DNA of 62,239 nt, taken from Candidatus Limnocylindrales bacterium. GTDB lineage: Bacteria > Chloroflexota > Limnocylindria > Limnocylindrales > CSP1-4. Both the position numbers and the translations under genes were made by a program. This document shows, in pieces, positions 61,867-62,239 of the stretch; the stretch's first letter is position 1, and the number at the start of each line of letters is the position of its first letter. Where the stretch lies: assembly GCA_046599085.1 (NCBI GenBank), contig JBKJHI010000003.1:1-62239 (forward strand), read 5' to 3'. The notes below the pieces were generated by a model. The model saw only the letters and a program-made list of their open reading frames with translations. It was not told the origin of the DNA and made no database searches.

Positions 61867-62239
61867 GCCCTACGCCGGCGGCGGCCTCGGCGCTTCTCGG
61901 CGCCCTACGCCGGCGGCGGCGGAACGCCCCACTCCGGCGGGGCGTTTCGCCCTGTTCCTGATCGACGACCCGCTTCGTTCGTGCACCGGGTGCACGGCCT
62001 GAGGCGGGTCGTTCGCTGTCCTCGGCGTTTCCTCGGCGCTTCTCGGCGCCCAGTTCCCGGCGCCCAGTTCCCGGCGCGACCCGGCGATCCGCCTCGGTAC
62101 CCCAGCACGCCTCGGCCCCCCGGCCCACGGCTCGGCCCCCCGGCCCCTCGGCACGACCCGGCGATCCGCCTCGGCCCCGGCGATCCGCCTCGGCACCAGC
62201 ACGCCTCGGCATCCCAGCACGCCTCGGCCCCCAGGCCCA
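61867..62239. repeat. mosaic of short direct repeats and palindromes running to the window edge
   Basis: GCCCTACGCCGGCGGCGGC x2 (61867, 61902). GCCCAGTTCCCGGC x2 tandem (62048, 62062). GACCCGGCGATCCGCCTCGG x2 plus a partial copy (62078, 62155, 62177). CTCGGCCCCCCGGCCC x2 (62111, 62131). CCAGCACGCCTCGG x3 (62102, 62196, 62214). Hairpin 61965-62012 around GTGCACCGGGTGCAC. Confidence 0.85.
61923..61946 (+). terminator. hairpin AACGCCCC-actccggc-GGGGCGTT followed by TCGCCCTGTTCC
   Basis: Read directly, 80 nt after the YciI-like stop. The U-tract is weak. Confidence 0.4.

Noticed and set aside
1-62239. Prophage, integrative element, IS or genomic island
   Set aside because: No integrase, transposase, recombinase, phage structural, conjugation or tRNA-flanked boundary genes were seen. 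Composition looks uniform apart from short AT-richer spacers.

Overview
This is a very GC-rich (about 70% by eye), densely coding bacterial chromosomal segment with about 60 protein genes on both strands. Many genes are joined by 4-bp ATGA/GTGA start-stop overlaps. The gene content (thyX, PAC2-family protein, acyl-ACP desaturase, SpoIID/LytB-domain protein, HipA-like/DUF3037 pair, frequent GTG/TTG starts) looks Actinomycetota- or Chloroflexota-like, but taxonomy cannot be fixed from the sequence alone. Most of the window is housekeeping or metabolic. It holds acetyl-CoA synthetase, MoaA, purine nucleoside phosphorylase, ThyX, Tag and HhH-GPD glycosylases, a DEAD-box helicase and a YbaK-type deacylase. 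A five-gene Dpp/Opp-type peptide importer sits beside a CocE/NonD hydrolase, a NUDIX hydrolase and a sarcosine/N-methyltryptophan-oxidase-like flavoenzyme. There are also two ABC-2 exporter sets, an aquaporin, MFS and MscS proteins, and IclR, TetR and MocR regulators. I found no rRNA, tRNA, CRISPR array, transposase, integrase or phage genes. Many long ORFs in the six-frame track are antisense or out-of-frame artefacts of the GC content and were not called. The best candidates for uncharacterised biology are: (1) an orphan receiver-ParA/MinD ATPase coupled to an acidic coiled-coil protein (9494-12120); (2) a minimal HipA-like kinase overlapping a DUF3037 gene (49012-50161); (3) a GreA-type factor fused to an unknown ~200-aa N-terminal domain (38709-39932); (4) two copies of a nested inverted-repeat element in convergent-gene spacers (19262-19512 and 51323-51630); (5) a 756-bp gene-free region full of tandem repeats, hairpins and DnaA-box-like sites (13356-14111), plus a similar repeat mosaic at the right edge (61867-62239); (6) a cNMP-domain / six-Cys mini-protein / SRPBCC / ThyX gene string next to a second cNMP-domain gene coupled to a flavoprotein. 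All family assignments rest on motifs read by eye and remembered family signatures. None was checked by a search.
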